NCBI RefSeq assembly: GCF_001194135.2
Contig: NC_068983.1
Span: forward strand, 4,593,502-4,631,212
Length of the DNA: 37,711 bases
DNA from: Octopus bimaculoides
Lineage: Eukaryota
Direction of reading: 5' to 3'
Position numbers and translations under genes: made by a program. The notes beneath the pieces were generated by a model. The model searched no databases and was not told the origin of the DNA. It was given only the letters and a program-made list of their open reading frames with translations. Positions within the stretch are counted from its first letter, which is position 1. Each line of letters starts with the position of its first letter. Positions 34,141 to 37,711 of this stretch are shown here, one piece after another.

Positions 34141-35959
34141 TTTGTTTTTTGTTGTTTTTTTTCCTGCTCTAGGCACAAGGCCTGAAATTTTGGGGGAGGG
34201 AACTAGTCGATTAGATCGACTCCCGAAAGGATGAAAGGCAAAGTTGACCTCAACAGAATTTGAACTCTGTCTCTTTATTTTGATAGTGTGATGGTTGTGA
34301 ATGAGCATCACCATCTTACAAGTGGTGGTGTTTGTTTCTTATCCATGCAAACCTGTCTAATCATAGAGAAAAACAATCTTACAAATAGGTGATAGTTGGC
34401 AACAGGTAGGACGTCCAGCCACAGAAAAACTGCCGCAATGAATTCTTTCTGACCCATGCAATCATTAAAAGTTAACATTTAAATCGGTTCCAGTCCCTTT
34501 CGTTTAGTTATATGAACACACATTACTATTTCCATTATTTTATCTGAAATCTGTTTTAGTATGACTGTATAATAAATAATATCTATAGAAATAACTTCTA
34601 TGGTCGTCCTTTGAATATCCTAACGTTACTCTTATAATATCTCGTTATAAAATATGATGAAACCTTTGTCAATATTCTCCATGTGATTTGAAATTTTAAA
34701 TCCAGCTTAACGCTTCAGCATTATCTTGACCCAACTTATTAAATATTAATCTTGTCATTCGTATTCAGTTTTCCTATCTCATCGAGAAGGAGTTTTTACC
34801 CAGTGGGTGGTAACCTGCAGTATTTATACTTAAGAAATCTTTTCTTTCTTTCTTTTAATAACTAGGTAGTTGGGTGGTGTAAGCAAAATTATTGTGTAGA
34901 TTTTTTTAACAAATAGGTATGTGCATGGATTGAATAAGGAAAGTAAAATGTACAATAGTTATTATATCTTAATATTTTGTTGAATTTTTTTAATTTTTTT
35001 TATAGAACGTTTTTTAATTTGAACTAGTTATTTGCTTTATTCTCTTACTAAATTATAAAAAAAGAATTATAGCATTTATATACGGCCTTAAATATGGTGT
35101 GTGTCACAGTATGCTTGTGCAGGAGCTGATTGGTACACCCCCAATTTTTTTTTTACAGACTAGGTTAAATCTCAAACTTGTAAAACAGGCTTGTGAAATA
35201 TCTTTAATTTGTGAGACCTTGCTTTGCAACTGAAGCTTCTTCATTAGAACCAGCTATTTATGTGTGTGTGTGTGTGTGTGATTTTCTTATGGTTTCCTCC
35301 TGGTTATCTGTCTGTTTTATAATGACCTAATTGAACTGGAAAACTATATTTAATAGCAATTTCTAATCAACTGTCTACATCCATTATTTCTTTCCATTGA
35401 AAGGTCAAACTGGACCTAGTTTTTTCAGCCTGACACTTCAGACCCTAAAATAATCCTCTTCCTCTTTACTTGGTCCCAGTGTTTTTTTTCCTTTTTTTTT
35501 TTCCTTTTATTAACACTTTCCTCCTCCTCCTCTGAGTTAGTATCTGCTGTCGTGGCATAAAACATCCTCCCAGCAACTGAGAGAAATACCATTTCTCATG
35601 ACTCATGCTCCAACTTTTAAACTAGATCACTGTTATAGTCACACTGCTACTTTTAAACCACCACCACCACTACCTCTCCCCCTCTCTCTCCTCGTCTCCT
35701 CACTTTTGTATTGTAGCCTTCTCTTCTTCTCTTCCTACATTTTCCTTTTATCATTTCATTTATTTTTAACCTCTTCCAAAATTCTTCACTTTACTCCATT
35801 CACTTCCTGTGTCACTTTTTTCTTTAGCAAATTCATTTTAAAAGAATTGTGACATTTTTCTACCTTTTTTTTTTTTCTATTTTTAATTGCATTTTAAAAA
35901 TAAAATGCAAATTACTTTAAAAAAATTTTTTGGGGCTTATTTTAGAAGGCATTTACAGT

Positions 35960-36270
35960 ATGATTTTGTCTTTGGCCATGCTGGGGCACTGAAGGGTTTT
36001 AGTCAAACAAATCAACCCCAGTATTTTACTTTTTAAAGTTTGGTACTTATTCTATTGGAACTGTTATGAGGATGTTAACAAACCAACACTAGATGTGAGG
36101 CAGTAGTAGGAACACACATGCAACAGGCTTCTACACAGTTTCTATCTCCTACATCCACTTGCAAGATATTAATTGGCCCAAGGCTACAGTAGAAGACACT
36201 TGCCTTAAGTGTCATGGAGTGGAACTGAACCCAGAACCACGTGAATGCAAAGTAACGTCTTAACTACTCA
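35960..36270 (-). mobile_element. SINE family A, diverged
   Basis: ggccatgctggggcactg...gaagacacttgcc...gaactgaacccagaacc. Confidence 0.8.
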
Positions 36271-36409
36271 GCTAAATCAGCATCTATTTTACATTTTTCT
36301 TTTTCTCTCGATACTTAATTCATCAAATATGATGATGTGAGTTTGTAAAACTTTGGTGCTGAAATATGCAAATATTAGGAAGTTATCCTGTAAGGGCCAT
36401 CATACTTAG

Positions 36410-36737
36410 GCCGTGGCGAGAAGCTTTCTTCCCAACCACATGGTTCCAGGTTCAGTCTCACTGCATTACACTTTATACAAGTGTCTTCTACTGTAGCCTC
36501 TGGCCAACCAAACCCTTGTGAGTGGATTTGGGAGATGGAAACTGAAAGAAGCCTATTGCATGCATTCACATGTGTGTGCACCTCTTTTTGTTTCTGTGTT
36601 TACATCCCCGTAACTTATCAGCTTAGCCAAAGAGACTGATATAGATAAGTACCGAGCTTGATTCATTTGACTGAAAATTCTTCACGGCAGTACTCCAGCA
36701 TGGGCACAGTCTAATAACTGAAACAAGTAAAAGATAA
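36410..36737 (+). mobile_element. SINE family A, full length, diverged
   Basis: ggccgtggcgagaagc...ctgaaacaagtaaaagataa. Confidence 0.85.
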
Positions 36738-37359
36738 TAGTATAACTAACTGTTGTGACAGATCAAGCTAATCTTCCCTTAGCTTCTGGCTACAACCACT
36801 CGCTCTTTTTGTGGGCCACAAATAATAAAGTATATATAAGCTGACACAGCTTATGCAGTTGATTACCTTACTGATGTCTTAGTCATTATTATTATTTTTA
36901 CTTTTGTTCTTTCGGTAAATAGAAAAACCTACACATGTATCGTGTAGGTTGTTCTGATATGTCTTCGCTGTTTGCAACAAATCCAAACAGGATCGCTGTA
37001 ATCTCTAGAGTACATTTTGTTAACAACCTCAGAAAGAAAAGTTGGAGCTCTTCCTTTCTTTCTCTCCCCCCTCCTCTCTCTCTGTGTACTAAACTGTGGG
37101 GGTTTTGAAATTGATAGCACCCTGCTGCTTTTTACACTCACCCCTCGCCCTACTGCCCCACATTTCTGAAATTGGTATAAAAATGTGGCAAGTTGAATTT
37201 GTTCATGCATTGCTAAAACTGGCAAAATTGTTAAAATGTTGGACAAAATAATGCCTTGCAGTGTTTGAAGCATTTTACCATTAGTTCAGCTGTGCTTTTC
37301 CACTTTTGGGGATTGATAAACTGAAGTGCCAGTCAAGTAACTAGAATTGGTATAATTAA

Positions 37360-37620
37360 CTCATCATTCATTTAACGTCCGCTTTCCATGCTGGCATGGG
37401 TTGGACGATTTGACTGAGGACTGGCGAACCAGATGGCTACACCAGACTCCAATCTGATTTGGCAGAGTTTCTACAGCTGCATGCCCTTCCTAATGCCAAC
37501 CACTCTGAGAGTGTAATGAGTGCTTTTTACGTGCCACTGGCACAAGGGCCAGTCCGGCGGTACTGGCAATGGCCACGCTCAAATGGTGTTTTTTTTTTAT
37601 GTGCCACCTGCACAGGAGTC
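37360..37620 (-). mobile_element. RTE-tail repeat (family B), young copy
   Basis: tttaacgtccgctttccatgctggcatgggttggacgatttgactgaggactggcgaacc; CpGs intact; close to the 15735 copy. Confidence 0.88.
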
Positions 37621-37711
37621 AGTACTCTCTTTTCTAAATTTTCTTTGGTGTTGGTGCCCTGAAAAAAAGACATGCGGTACACTCTGTGGTTGGTGTTAAA
37701 AAGAGGATGGT

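Noticed and set aside
37142-37165. 24-nt minus micro-exon with good splice signals
   Set aside because: The GC-rich core looks like a transposon-end fragment; no supporting context.
1-37711. CRISPR arrays, prokaryotic operons, rRNA
   Set aside because: No regularly spaced repeat-spacer array, no gene-dense coding and no rRNA similarity; the sequence is eukaryotic.

Overview
AT-rich, repeat-dense animal genomic DNA with three assembly gaps (5001-5928, 21312-21373, 33237-33324). The SINE, RTE-LINE and MITE families plus (TA)n/(GATA)n/(GAT)n microsatellites look like an Octopus genome (recognition from memory, not a database result). No complete, recognisable protein-coding gene is present. Most ORF-track entries are artefacts of N-runs, microsatellites or repeats. 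Supported content: decayed RTE-clade LINE copies, many tRNA-derived SINEs, mariner and probable hAT transposase remnants, several MITE families, two promoter-like motif clusters (about 10.1-10.3 kb and 27.6-27.76 kb) and weak candidate exons. Most notable: (i) a Penelope-type minimal hammerhead ribozyme at 31820-31865 (minus) with an apparent CpG-decay mutation of the catalytic G, inside a roughly 170-bp insert flanked by 28-bp direct repeats; (ii) a 199-bp fold-back MITE with a perfect 9-bp TSD carrying opposed telomeric (CCCTAA)/(TTAGGG) tracts, inserted into a SINE; (iii) a CpG-retention to CpG-decay transition near 12.6 kb that suggests a methylated gene body; (iv) an RFX X-box promoter-like island inside that region.
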